From the NCBI GenBank assembly GCA_046482545.1, contig JAWOEX010000021.1:192001-256000 (forward strand): a DNA stretch of 64,000 bases, given 5' to 3'. Below are positions 54,577 to 64,000 of this stretch, in pieces. The stretch is from Candidatus Thorarchaeota archaeon (lineage in GTDB: Archaea > Asgardarchaeota > Thorarchaeia > Thorarchaeales > Thorarchaeaceae). Made by a program: the position numbers and the translations under genes. Under the pieces are notes generated by a model that saw only the letters and a list, made by a program, of their open reading frames with translations, was not told where the DNA came from and searched no databases. The stretch's first letter is position 1, and each line of letters begins with the position of its first letter.

Positions 54577-56715
54577 ATGAGAAGAGTAGTCATTGGAATC
54601 CACCTATTTCTGTTCCTAGCTGGTGCCTTCGTTGCATCTGTAGCTTCGAACCAGATAGTCCAGCTGGATACTCTTGACCTCTACTCTCAGGAGTCTTCCA
54701 TTCATCGCCGCTCCTTAGGGCAGCAAGACAACAATGAGCCTAACGGGTCTCTCCATTCGAAGATGAGCTATGCAAACCCCGGAAATGAAAAGGTGGAAAT
54801 CCAGAAACAATCAACAATAGAATCTGCCATTTTTGAACATAATGGATATCTGAATGTAACGTCATTACTAGAAGGAATTTGGGCCGCTCCTTCAGCCGGC
54901 CGTATTCTCAATGATACTAAACACCTTTCAGAGAATTTTCCAAACCGCACATGGAACGACGAGGAAATGAGCCCATCGAATAACCTTCAAGATGCTTGGG
55001 AGTGGGCCAACTCGTCATTGATCAACATAACCGGCTCCAGTATTCATTTTGAGTTCGTCACGGAATACTCACATCTACTGGCCAGAATAGAAGGAGAAGG
55101 CGATTCACCAAGACCTGCTGTACTTCTATCCGGTATCATTGAGTGTCCACGAACACCCGGTGCAAATGATTTAGGCGCTAGCACAGCAGCTGTTCTTGAA
55201 ATGGTAAGAATGTTGCATAACTACTCTCTGCCTTTTGACATTCTTCTGGTACTGATGAACGCTCATTATGTTGAACCCAATTATGATGTGGGAGCTAGAT
55301 CTTTCGTATCTTGGCTCGTGGACAACGGTATTCGGATTGCAACCTCGTTCTCGTTCGATAAGCTCCTATTTGACCACTCAGGGTTCCTCCATGGAACAAA
55401 AATAGCACTAAGAAGCGATTTTGACGCCTCTGAACAGTTTCGATGGGTGAATGACTTCATTATGTGTATATCTGAAATATATGGGGATAGCAGGCTAATG
55501 ACCCTAGATGATCTTCAACCATCTCAAGTATCCTTAGCCTATGAGATGTGGAGGAGGGAGCTGCCTTCAATTCACATTGCCCAAGGCCGTTATGATGGAC
55601 TTCATAGTGGGTCTGAAGATGATACATGGGATAATCCTGATTATGATTATACGAAAGCAGGGGAAGCATCTAAATCTGTAGCAGCGTCAATTGTCTATGC
55701 GGGTCTTCTTAAGGAGTACAAGGTTCCAGCCTACTATTCTAATGATTTGATTACGGTCAACGGTACCGTGAATCAAAAGGTAGTTTTGACAACGAATGGT
55801 TATTTCAATGCCACAATCACATGGAATAGCACACAGCCCTTCTCAGGATCCATTCAGCACGAATCAAGTGGCTCAATAGTCTATCGGAGAGTAGAAGACG
55901 ACGGACTCATTCATTTGAAATACAAAGCGTCTCGAGGTACATATCGAGTTATTCTGGATAATCAAGGAGATGAGACAGTACAGTATTCGCTGAACATGAC
56001 CTTCCCAAATGACTGCGATGGTGATGGCCTGTCTGATATCTTGGAGCTTGACCGAGGGACTCAGCCCTATCTGGTTGATACAGACGGTGATGGCCTAACA
56101 GATGACATCGAGTTGGCATTAGGAACCAATCCAACTCAAGCTGATACTGACAATGACGGTTTATCCGATGGTGTAGAATATGACTGGGGATCCTCGCCTA
56201 CCGAGAGGGATACCGATCATGATAATTTGACTGACCACAGAGAGTGGGAGGCTGGTAGCAACCCAAATGTCAATGATTCTGATTCGGATGGCTTGTCTGA
56301 TTGGGAAGAAGTAGAGATGTACAATACAACCCCCATAGACCCAGACACAGATGGTGATGGACTTGAGGACGGATTCGAAGTGTCCTATGGGCTCAATCCG
56401 CTTTCTCCCGATTCCGATGGAGATGGTCTAAGCGACCTTTTTGAGGTTGTAAACGGGATTGACCCGCTTTCCCCTGATTCCGATGGAGATGGGTGGGGTG
56501 ATGCATATGAGGTTGAACACTGTATGTCCCCCATTGATAGCGACACCGACGGTGATGGGATACCAGATGGAATTGATTGGGATCCGCGTAACCACTGGAT
56601 AATCGGAGTCGCACCTGTGTCTTTGTTCAGTATTGTTTCCCTTTTTGCTGTGTTTAGCGCATTGAAGTATCGTGCCTATCATCGAGAGGAGAAATCGGCA
56701 GCGAAAACCCGATAA
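54577..56715 (+). CDS. Secreted membrane-anchored protein: degenerate M28 peptidase domain, beta-sandwich, Ca-binding DxDGDGLxD repeats, C-terminal TM
   Basis: Signal peptide; PGAND...AAVLE; H...D.W; nine DxDxDGxxD repeats; TM followed by a basic tail. Confidence 0.75.
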   Translation: MRRVVIGIHLFLFLAGAFVASVASNQIVQLDTLDLYSQESSIHRRSLGQQDNNEPNGSLHSKMSYANPGNEKVEIQKQSTIESAIFEHNGYLNVTSLLEGIWAAPSAGRILNDTKHLSENFPNRTWNDEEMSPSNNLQDAWEWANSSLINITGSSIHFEFVTEYSHLLARIEGEGDSPRPAVLLSGIIECPRTPGANDLGASTAAVLEMVRMLHNYSLPFDILLVLMNAHYVEPNYDVGARSFVSWLVDNGIRIATSFSFDKLLFDHSGFLHGTKIALRSDFDASEQFRWVNDFIMCISEIYGDSRLMTLDDLQPSQVSLAYEMWRRELPSIHIAQGRYDGLHSGSEDDTWDNPDYDYTKAGEASKSVAASIVYAGLLKEYKVPAYYSNDLITVNGTVNQKVVLTTNGYFNATITWNSTQPFSGSIQHESSGSIVYRRVEDDGLIHLKYKASRGTYRVILDNQGDETVQYSLNMTFPNDCDGDGLSDILELDRGTQPYLVDTDGDGLTDDIELALGTNPTQADTDNDGLSDGVEYDWGSSPTERDTDHDNLTDHREWEAGSNPNVNDSDSDGLSDWEEVEMYNTTPIDPDTDGDGLEDGFEVSYGLNPLSPDSDGDGLSDLFEVVNGIDPLSPDSDGDGWGDAYEVEHCMSPIDSDTDGDGIPDGIDWDPRNHWIIGVAPVSLFSIVSLFAVFSALKYRAYHREEKSAAKTR
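56011..56580 (+). repeat. Nine ~22-aa thrombospondin-type-3-like Ca-binding repeats
   Basis: [81 protein letters not shown]; near-identical DNA at 56398 and 56464 (66-bp period). Confidence 0.9.
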
Positions 56716-56754
56716 CACAAGACTCATCTCTTGATCCACTCTTCAATTGTATAA

Positions 56755-57618
56755 ATGAGAGAGATTCAAGCTCAGGGGTTTTCGCTTCAGGACACACTTG
56801 AATGTGGTCAGACATTCTGTTGGATAAAACATGACGGCGGCTATATCAACGCCGATGTCGGGCAGGTTGTATATGTTGAACAGGAAGGCGATTCTCTGTT
56901 CTATGAAACAACAGATAGTGATGTTCCACTAGAGAGGATGCTCGGTCTTGATCATCCTATTGAGCAAATCACAAGCAATCTTCCTGCTGATTCTATACTA
57001 AAAGAGAGTATGCAATTTGCAAATGGATTGCGCATAATAAATGACCCGTTTTTCCCTTGCCTTATTTCATTTCTCTGCTCAATCTGGAAGAGTATCCCAT
57101 GTATCCGAGGACTTGTGGAAGGAATACGTAAACAGTATGGTTCAGCGTATACTTTCAGGGGAGAAACCACCTTTGGAATGCCTACCCCTCAACAGCTTGC
57201 AGCTGCAGAGGTCAACGCATTGAAAGATCTGGGGCTCGCTTGGCGAAGCGAATTCATTGTGAAGTCGACGCGTTCAATTTTAGAGGGGGATATCATACCC
57301 AACGCCATATTGGATATGCAGTATGAAGAGGCTCACAAAACACTCAAGCAATTACATGGGGTCGGGAATAAGGTAGCAGATTGTGTACTATTGTTCTCGC
57401 TTGGATTTCTTGAGGCTTTCCCCATGGATGTTTGGATTAATCGTGTCATCGAAGAACACTATAGCATCTTCACAGATGATGGGGCCTCATACGCCAAGAA
57501 ATCCAAAGCTGCAAGACAATACTTTGGTGAGTATGCAGGCTACGCACAACAGTATCTTTACTACTATTCACGCGGGAATTCCTGCAGAACATCGAAAAAG
57601 AAAAGCAAGCGAAGTTAG
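56755..57618 (+). CDS. ogg: 8-oxoguanine DNA glycosylase (OGG1-type HhH-GPD)
   Basis: TLECGQ.F.W N-domain, LISFLCS, GVGNKVADCV (catalytic Lys), FPMDVW, AGYAQQYL. Confidence 0.9.
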   Translation: MREIQAQGFSLQDTLECGQTFCWIKHDGGYINADVGQVVYVEQEGDSLFYETTDSDVPLERMLGLDHPIEQITSNLPADSILKESMQFANGLRIINDPFFPCLISFLCSIWKSIPCIRGLVEGIRKQYGSAYTFRGETTFGMPTPQQLAAAEVNALKDLGLAWRSEFIVKSTRSILEGDIIPNAILDMQYEEAHKTLKQLHGVGNKVADCVLLFSLGFLEAFPMDVWINRVIEEHYSIFTDDGASYAKKSKAARQYFGEYAGYAQQYLYYYSRGNSCRTSKKKSKRS

Positions 57619-58745
57619 AAATCCTGTTTCTTCTGTTTTTCTCTTGCGTACCAATCATGTGAGTCAACGCCTTTCGTGACTTCCCATGCTCGGGTTTGAT
57701 AGAAGGCTAATGGATGGAGGATATATTCGCAGAGCGGATCCCAAGCCTCTCCAAGATACACTGGGCATAAGCTACTGCCTTGAAGTTTTTTGCAACTTGG
57801 AGGAGTGTAACCCTCTCCCCCTGATTTTGAAGCGATGTGACGAACCTGATACTCAGCAAGACCTCTAGCAAAATCAGGCGCAGCCTTGAAGACACCAATC
57901 ACTTCCTCTTCAGTCATGCCAATTTTCAGTAAAAAGGAGGCAAGAGCGAATCTTGCATCATGAGCCAAGTTTTTCCCTTGAACCGAATCATCGTACATGT
58001 GGGCAATGCAAGGTGGAAAAGCTGCAGTTACGTCACCCGTCATTTTCACTGGCTCGGTTTTCTTAATCCTTCCACGCAGCTGCGATTCGATTCTTTGCAC
58101 CGCTTCTGTCAAGCGCTGAGGCAAGGTTGGCACATCAAGACTGCTTTCGAGAATAAGCTGTTTGGATTTTCCGGACATTAATCGATCCAGTTCTGAGCGT
58201 TTGATAAAGACATATCCGTCCTCAACATATCGGTTTATCAGCTTCCATGCAGCTTGATGAAAATTCGGTGCAACTTCAAGGAAATTCTCGAAACGTATCT
58301 TGAAGTCGAAAGTTCTCAGAACCAAAGGTAAGTGCCCACGATGAGCAATGGCGCCCAATGATTGGATGGACCAGTCAAAAGACGTACTACAAAGATGAAG
58401 GACTATCCTGTCTTTTTCATGTCCCAAATATCTATTGACAGCCTTTGACTCGGCTTCTGCCTGATATTGCTTCAATCGTGGGTGATTGATTTTCTCAACA
58501 ATTAGTCTTGCAGTCGGATAGACTAGTACGTCCCGAGAATCACCGTTGTCCGGGAGTTTGATGGGATCCCCCTTGAGTGCTGTGTTTACTCGTTCTTCTG
58601 CCGCCTCAATTAGATATTCATTCCTTTCAGAAGAAAGAACATCAATTAATGCCCCAACATCACGAGCAAAATCCTGTACTGCGTTGCGTGCCTCGCGTGA
58701 GAATGGATATTTTAACAACTGCTTTCGTGTAAGCAACAGTGACAC
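57615..58745 (-). CDS. priL: DNA primase large subunit
   Basis: KYPF, WKLINR.V.DG.V, FPPCI, H.ARF.LASFL, PDF...AEYQV.HI, Y.PPSC..L....LC...C...HP (FeS domain). Confidence 0.93.
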   Translation of the reverse strand: MSLLLTRKQLLKYPFSREARNAVQDFARDVGALIDVLSSERNEYLIEAAEERVNTALKGDPIKLPDNGDSRDVLVYPTARLIVEKINHPRLKQYQAEAESKAVNRYLGHEKDRIVLHLCSTSFDWSIQSLGAIAHRGHLPLVLRTFDFKIRFENFLEVAPNFHQAAWKLINRYVEDGYVFIKRSELDRLMSGKSKQLILESSLDVPTLPQRLTEAVQRIESQLRGRIKKTEPVKMTGDVTAAFPPCIAHMYDDSVQGKNLAHDARFALASFLLKIGMTEEEVIGVFKAAPDFARGLAEYQVRHIASKSGGEGYTPPSCKKLQGSSLCPVYLGEAWDPLCEYILHPLAFYQTRAWEVTKGVDSHDWYAREKQKKQDF

Positions 58746-58751
58746 GCCTCG

Positions 58752-58943
58752 TCAGTAAGTAGACCCGTAATCCTCGATATGGCGCTTATAGAATTTATTG
58801 TCGTAAGATTCACACTTGAATGCCTGAACCTTATTCAATCTGTAACTCTCATCAAGCACACAGTGAATACGATTGCTACCGAAACGGGTTTTTTTCAGCC
58901 CATCATCAGGAACCTTCTTTGTCTTGCTTTCTTCTTCGTCCAT
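58752..58943 (-). CDS. Small hypothetical protein, possibly a degenerate Zn ribbon
   Basis: Fills the gap between co-oriented genes (15- and 6-nt spacers); GSNRI...FKCESY..KFY. Confidence 0.45.
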   Translation of the reverse strand: MDEEESKTKKVPDDGLKKTRFGSNRIHCVLDESYRLNKVQAFKCESYDNKFYKRHIEDYGSTY

Positions 58944-58958
58944 CCAATGTTCACTGAC

Positions 58959-59618
58959 CTATGCCGCTTCTCTTTGTCCCACAATTATTGCTAGAACACT
59001 GTTAATCGTTCTGGACGCAGAAACTGTGAATCCGGCGTCTTCCAGAAGGTGTTTCAAATCATCGAGTGAGTGCTTGGCCATGTGGGGATACTTTTCGTGA
59101 GCTCGTTTCTCCGACCATCCTTGATTCATCATCCAGTCCACAAATGCCTCTTCATCCCCTGAAATATAGTCATAGACTGCGTATATTCCACTCTCATCCA
59201 AAACTCTGTATATCTGCTCCAAGAGATTTGGAGGGTTCATCAGCTCATGCAACAAATACCCTGAAAAAGCTAATTCGATGCTCTTGGGCTGAAGCTCAAG
59301 TCTTTGGAAATCAAAATCGATTTGTCTCAACGAAATCTTCTCGACAGCAACTCGGCCCGTAAGAACCAAGGTCGCTCTCTGGAGCATGCGAGAGCTCTCA
59401 TCTAGTCCGTATATTTCCTCAGCCTGAAATTTCTCTGTGGCATCAGCCAGGAAAAGTCCTGGCCCGCAACCGAAATCAGCAATTGTTTTTCGTGGCGAAT
59501 CGCCAACTAATTCCAAAAAAACGTTCCAGAAAGTCTGGCCATACCGCTCGTCATATGACTCAGTCAGTTCATTGATTTCTTCGATTCCGTCCCAGTCCGC
59601 TTTTGCAGGATTGTCCAT
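58959..59618 (-). CDS. Class I SAM-dependent methyltransferase
   Basis: IADFGCGPG, GLDES..ML, LLHE, L...GI..VYD. Confidence 0.88.
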   Translation of the reverse strand: MDNPAKADWDGIEEINELTESYDERYGQTFWNVFLELVGDSPRKTIADFGCGPGLFLADATEKFQAEEIYGLDESSRMLQRATLVLTGRVAVEKISLRQIDFDFQRLELQPKSIELAFSGYLLHELMNPPNLLEQIYRVLDESGIYAVYDYISGDEEAFVDWMMNQGWSEKRAHEKYPHMAKHSLDDLKHLLEDAGFTVSASRTINSVLAIIVGQREAA

Positions 59619-59625
59619 CGGATTA

Positions 59626-60159
59626 TCAAACCTGTAGCAGATAATCCGCCCGTAGAAGAAGGGGCATCAATTCACCCAAACTTTGACGTAGAATCTCAGG
59701 ATCACTGTACAATCTCTTCAGAAAATCTCGTCGGTCATCTATGTTGCTAGCTTGTTCGCTAAGAGTGCGATAAGCAGCATTGGGGCGTTCAATCCATCGG
59801 CAGAGCTCCTCATTATTCTGGTTCAGGAAAAGGACCACGGGTGTTTTTCTCTTGCCATTGACACGGTAGTTCTGGTGAGCCCTTGCATTCTCATCACTGT
59901 CAAGTATTCGAAGATGTACCAGAGAAGAAAGTGAAGCCATTCTAGCCAAAACAGGTAGGTTTCCAGTGGTATCATTGCATCGGTCAGTACCTATAACCAA
60001 GATGTGAATTTCATTCTGTATGCCCGCTAGCTCCTCTGCTTCTTGTTCATTAAGCATCAGATCATTGAACCTCGCTTTCATCAGCTCGACATTCTCGCGG
60101 GCTGAGTCCAGCCATTCACTATGTTCGAGGGCATCTTCCCACAGGGCATTCTCAGGCAT
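59626..60159 (-). CDS. Thioredoxin-like (Thioredoxin_9-type) protein with CxxT site
   Basis: ILVIGTDRCNDT..NLPVL, NG.RKTPVV.F, W.ERP; ATG at 60159. Confidence 0.75.
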   Translation of the reverse strand: MPENALWEDALEHSEWLDSARENVELMKARFNDLMLNEQEAEELAGIQNEIHILVIGTDRCNDTTGNLPVLARMASLSSLVHLRILDSDENARAHQNYRVNGKRKTPVVLFLNQNNEELCRWIERPNAAYRTLSEQASNIDDRRDFLKRLYSDPEILRQSLGELMPLLLRADYLLQV

Positions 60160-60387
60160 ATGTATCACGTCAATTCTAAGCAGAATCGTACCGGGTACCG
60201 GTGTGCTACATTGTTGAGCAAGCAATAAAAAGAATATGTGTATCGGCTACTGTCACATTTAATCCTTATTTTTCAAAGGTGTGCATGGGTAGAAGAAAAG
60301 CGAAAGAACAGCAATACCCTATTGGATACTTTCGACCATCTGTTGAACTTATTTAACCACCTGAGAGTATAGAGAAGAGTGTGACTG

Positions 60388-61539
60388 GTGAGAAGGTCCG
60401 GCGTAGCAAATCTGAAACTCCATGGGGGAAAGGCCCCAAGATGGCTGGTCAAGCGCATGAAACCCATGGCGAAGGCCATTTGCAGCTTTTTTGTAGACGA
60501 ATACGGCCCCCTTGAGCTTCTGGAACGGCTTGCAGATCCAGTTTATTTCCAGGCCCTATCCAACGTATTAGGCTACGATTGGGATAGTTCGGGCTCAACT
60601 ACCGTTACTTGCGGAGTACTACGGTCAATATTAACCATAGAAGAACACGGTGTGGCTGCTGCGGGAGGTAAGGGGCGAACCTCCATGAGGACCCCTGAGC
60701 ATCTTCGTGCACTCGAGGACTATGGACTTGATGGTGCAGGCCTCGGAGAAATCAGCAGAGCGGTCGCCAAGGTGGATAATGCAGCGGTCCAAGACGGATA
60801 TGCGTTGTACCAGCATGTTTTCTTTGTCGATGTAGATGAAAACTGGACAGTCGTCCAGCAAGGAATGGATGGGGACTCTGGTGATGCTAGACGTTACCAC
60901 TGGACATCTCAAACTACACAACAGTTTATCGAGGAACCCCATACAGGCATGATTTCCGGCGCAGTAAAAACAGCAGCCCTTGATATGACGTCAAAGAACT
61001 CCGAAGAATGCCGAGAGGTTTCTGTCGACATTTCGCAAGAGGAACCAATCAGAATCAAGCGTCTTTTTGAAGATGTCAAACCCTATGGAGAAAGCACTCT
61101 TGTCCCTTGGTTAGACGATTACAATCCTCGAAAGGAATTGCCTTCCTACAAAGTGTTCCCTAATCGCATGAACTGGGACGCAGTTCGAGAAGCCTACGAA
61201 AGACAGCCCTCAGATTACGAGGAATTACTCTTCATCAATGGAATAGGCCCCGCGACGGTACGCGGACTGTCTTTGATTTCGGAACTAGTCTATGGTGAAA
61301 GTCCGTCTTGGGCAGATCCTGTCAGGATGACATTTGCGTTCGGAGGGAAAGATGGCGTCCCATTTCCTGTCAAGCGGAAAGAGTATGATGAAGCTATCAA
61401 GTTCTTAGAAACAGTTTTGCAGGACGCCAAGATGGGAAGAAGAGACAAAGTTGTTGGTCTGAAGCGGCTCAAGCGGTTTGCGCCGCCGATTCCGAGAGAT
61501 TTGGACAATACTGCGGTTCCTGAAAGGCGCCTATTTTGA
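60388..61539 (+). CDS. DUF763 family protein
   Basis: L.LHGGKAP.WL..RM, RLADP.YFQ, DWDSSG.TT, AKVDN.AVQDGY.LY, VVQQGM, GIGP.T.R.L.L, FAFGGKDG.PFPV. Confidence 0.9.
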   Translation: MRRSGVANLKLHGGKAPRWLVKRMKPMAKAICSFFVDEYGPLELLERLADPVYFQALSNVLGYDWDSSGSTTVTCGVLRSILTIEEHGVAAAGGKGRTSMRTPEHLRALEDYGLDGAGLGEISRAVAKVDNAAVQDGYALYQHVFFVDVDENWTVVQQGMDGDSGDARRYHWTSQTTQQFIEEPHTGMISGAVKTAALDMTSKNSEECREVSVDISQEEPIRIKRLFEDVKPYGESTLVPWLDDYNPRKELPSYKVFPNRMNWDAVREAYERQPSDYEELLFINGIGPATVRGLSLISELVYGESPSWADPVRMTFAFGGKDGVPFPVKRKEYDEAIKFLETVLQDAKMGRRDKVVGLKRLKRFAPPIPRDLDNTAVPERRLF

Positions 61540-61584
61540 AAAACCGAAGGATACAATTTAGATAGTGTATACTGAAATCCAACC

Positions 61585-62400
61585 ATGATTGAGAAAGACC
61601 AATTCAATGAGCAGGTCGAGTATATCAAGACTGGAAGCATAAGTTATCAAGATAGAACTATGTGGGTGTACCTATACAAAGTGGGACACACTCTCATCGA
61701 TTGTGGCTGTGCTAATGCCAGGCAGGAGCTGGTATCGCTTCTGAATACGGAAAACATCGATTCGATCTATGTGACGCACGGACACGAGGACCACTATGGC
61801 TGCTGTTCAGCATTCAGTGATTCGGCATCCATATTTGCCCCTCCACATGCGAGAGAAGTTCTAATCGATCCTCCAATTCTGAACGAGTTTTTCCAATGGG
61901 TCTGGGGGCAACCAGAAGGAGTAGACATGGTTGAGCCTATGCCTTCCCAATTCAAAGCCGGTAATCTGCAAATTGATACAGTCCAACTGCCTGGCCACGG
62001 TAAGGACATGGTAGGCTTCTATGAAGAAAACCGGAAGTGGCTTTTTTCTGCTGATGCTGTACCCCTCCCCTCCCACAAGCAGATAGCGATGACTGATGAG
62101 AATCTCCCGAAGATGATGCGAACAATGGAGCGGATTCTAGAGTTAGACTTGGAGGTGTTATTTGATGGTCACCTTGGACCAATCGAGTTACCACAAGAAC
62201 ATATCAAGGAAAGACTGAATCACCTTCAAACAGTGCAAAGGACCGCTATGGAGTTGCATCAAAAAGGGTTGTCATCCTCTGAAATCGTTAATGAATTAGG
62301 ATGGGAACCGCCCTGGTACATGGATAGGACGATGGGGCGATTCAGCTTGGAACACATGGTTGATTCCTTGCTTTCGTATAGGACAGCCAAAAATGATTAG
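61585..62400 (+). CDS. Metallo-beta-lactamase fold hydrolase
   Basis: LIDCG, THGHEDHYG, PGH, FSAD, DGH. Confidence 0.88.
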   Translation: MIEKDQFNEQVEYIKTGSISYQDRTMWVYLYKVGHTLIDCGCANARQELVSLLNTENIDSIYVTHGHEDHYGCCSAFSDSASIFAPPHAREVLIDPPILNEFFQWVWGQPEGVDMVEPMPSQFKAGNLQIDTVQLPGHGKDMVGFYEENRKWLFSADAVPLPSHKQIAMTDENLPKMMRTMERILELDLEVLFDGHLGPIELPQEHIKERLNHLQTVQRTAMELHQKGLSSSEIVNELGWEPPWYMDRTMGRFSLEHMVDSLLSYRTAKND

Positions 62401-62467
62401 ACTGAAAGTTCACAAGGCTTACAAGCAACAGGTAGAGTGAAAACCATACAGTATGTAATCAAAAAGG

Positions 62468-63196
62468 TTGGTGGCGAGAATTAATACGAAAAGAAGATCA
62501 CTAGCACTAACAGTGTTATTGGTCCAGTTTGTTTTGTTAACCCCCTTTGTCTCGGCAACAACTGGATTAGTATGGGGTATCGAACCAGGCGAGGAATTCA
62601 TGTATGTACTTCAAAGAAAGCTCGTTGACCCTGAGAATGAAGGATTCGTGGCAAGCTATCTGCCATTCATTCCTGGTATTGAAGAGGGGCAAAAGGTTGT
62701 CGCTACGTTTACTGAATTCGAGGAGCTGCCAGATGTTATTGGTTCGTATGATGAACTTCCACGTTCATATTGTACACTAAGCAGAGAAAACGATTCGGAA
62801 GTTTTGACAGCGGGCTACAGAATTATGTCCGTACCCATTGGTAACTGGAGTTTGCTCAGAGAAATCGCAGGGATTGAAGCCACACCTAGACTAACAGAGT
62901 ACGACTCAGATTCAGAATGGGGTACAATAAACAGGGGTCAAATAGTTGTACATCAGACTACTGTCGACGTGTATGAAGAAATCCGGTACGAAAAGGAAAA
63001 CGGTACGCTGAGCTACCTGAGGCTTCGCTTATCAGCCCTCGGTAATGATTTGGTGGATATCGTATTTGTACACTGGTATCCTGGCGTTCCAACTGTGTTG
63101 CCAGCTGAAATCCAGCTATCTACTATACTTGTAATTGGAATCAGCATCGCGGTAGCTCTTATTGTTGCCATTGTGGTGTATATGCGCAGGAAGTAA
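62468..63196 (+). CDS. Secreted, C-terminally anchored hypothetical protein
   Basis: Signal peptide, L.WGI..GE.F.Y N-terminal motif, Y.K.NG.L, C-terminal TM followed by RRK. Confidence 0.7.
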   Translation: MVARINTKRRSLALTVLLVQFVLLTPFVSATTGLVWGIEPGEEFMYVLQRKLVDPENEGFVASYLPFIPGIEEGQKVVATFTEFEELPDVIGSYDELPRSYCTLSRENDSEVLTAGYRIMSVPIGNWSLLREIAGIEATPRLTEYDSDSEWGTINRGQIVVHQTTVDVYEEIRYEKENGTLSYLRLRLSALGNDLVDIVFVHWYPGVPTVLPAEIQLSTILVIGISIAVALIVAIVVYMRRK

Positions 63197-63199
63197 CTG

Positions 63200-63961
63200 T
63201 CAAGGTTTGGTTGCGTAGATGAACGTATATGCAGGAACATAGATTGGTGATTTCTGTTTATTCAGGGTTTGCCTAATCTTGCGCAATCCAGTTTCGTACT
63301 CGCTGGCAGAAATCTTACGCAACATAGAGTAACCTTTCTTTTCAACACATTCAAGGAAATCACTACTCTGTTCAATAGGGGATAATTTTCGTTCTATGCT
63401 TCTGACTCCTTTGAAACCAACTTCAGAAAGAAGCTGTTTCAATGCATAAATACGGGGGTACCTTTTCTGATCAACGGTCACAGTGCTGGGGAAGAATCGA
63501 GAGGTCATTCGTTCCTCAATCTGTTTGTGGGATTGCGTGACGATACATATCCTTCCTCTGCTCTTCATGATATCTTGCAAGTTCTTGACAGCCAGGTCCT
63601 TTTTGGGAAGATGATGGATCACCTCGGTCATAAAAGCATATTCGAAAGTTTCGTTACGAAACGGAAGAGCACTGGCTTCGCCACGGATCAGTGTGCTATC
63701 TGATAGCTTGGAGGCAGCCTTACGAAGCATCTCGTGAGAGAGGTCTAACCCCACGATTTGGGTTCTCGTCAGTTGGGCGAACAGTCTCGTGTTGTTCCCA
63801 GTTCCACACCCCACGTCAAGAACCAAAGAACCAGAATGAGGGGATAGGATGTCAACAAGTATCTCCATCATCTCCACATTTCCGGTCCGGACATCGTCAT
63901 AGCTCCTAGCCGCCTTCTCGTAATCTATGCTATCATCAAATTGCTCGTTCCCTGTATTCAT
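63200..63961 (-). CDS. Class I SAM-dependent methyltransferase (UbiE/Methyltransf_11-like)
   Basis: VLDVGCGTG, GLDLS.EML, LPF....F, VIHH. Confidence 0.9.
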   Translation of the reverse strand: MNTGNEQFDDSIDYEKAARSYDDVRTGNVEMMEILVDILSPHSGSLVLDVGCGTGNNTRLFAQLTRTQIVGLDLSHEMLRKAASKLSDSTLIRGEASALPFRNETFEYAFMTEVIHHLPKKDLAVKNLQDIMKSRGRICIVTQSHKQIEERMTSRFFPSTVTVDQKRYPRIYALKQLLSEVGFKGVRSIERKLSPIEQSSDFLECVEKKGYSMLRKISASEYETGLRKIRQTLNKQKSPIYVPAYTFIYATKP

Positions 63962-64000
63962 TACTTCTCACCATCCAAGACACCATGACATGAAGGTCGC

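Noticed and set aside
63961-64000. 3' end of an upstream minus-strand CDS (TAA overlapping the methyltransferase ATG)
   Set aside because: Only about 12 codons visible; cannot be assigned.

Overview
Gene-dense 64-kb archaeal chromosomal segment with about 55 CDS and frequent TTG/GTG starts. It is most likely from an Asgard archaeon of Thorarchaeota type. This is an inference from the archaeal housekeeping genes plus large C-terminally anchored secreted proteins and ~960-aa FtsX/MacB-like permeases. Contents: two tandem GT-C membrane glycosyltransferases; a nurA-herA-mre11-rad50 operon; arcS-raSEA archaeosine genes behind an Hrq1/DUF1998 helicase; tandem thioredoxins; two tRNA-Arg genes (GCG and CCG) identical except at the wobble base, both with the same 32-nt BHB intron in the D-loop; a sugar cluster (tpiA, bifunctional FBP aldolase/phosphatase, class I aldolase, GT4 + helical-barrel partner + GH130 phosphorylase); an orphan phytoene/squalene-synthase-fold gene; udp; ABCE1; a heteromeric MacB/FtsX-type ABC system whose second ATPase has an AbrB-like and Zn-ribbon tail; OGG; PriL; and assorted hydrolases and methyltransferases. 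Several metalloenzyme folds have lost their metal ligands (M24, NIF3, gamma-CA, M28). No CRISPR array, rRNA, integrase or transposase was seen. All family calls come from motif recognition by eye, not from searches.
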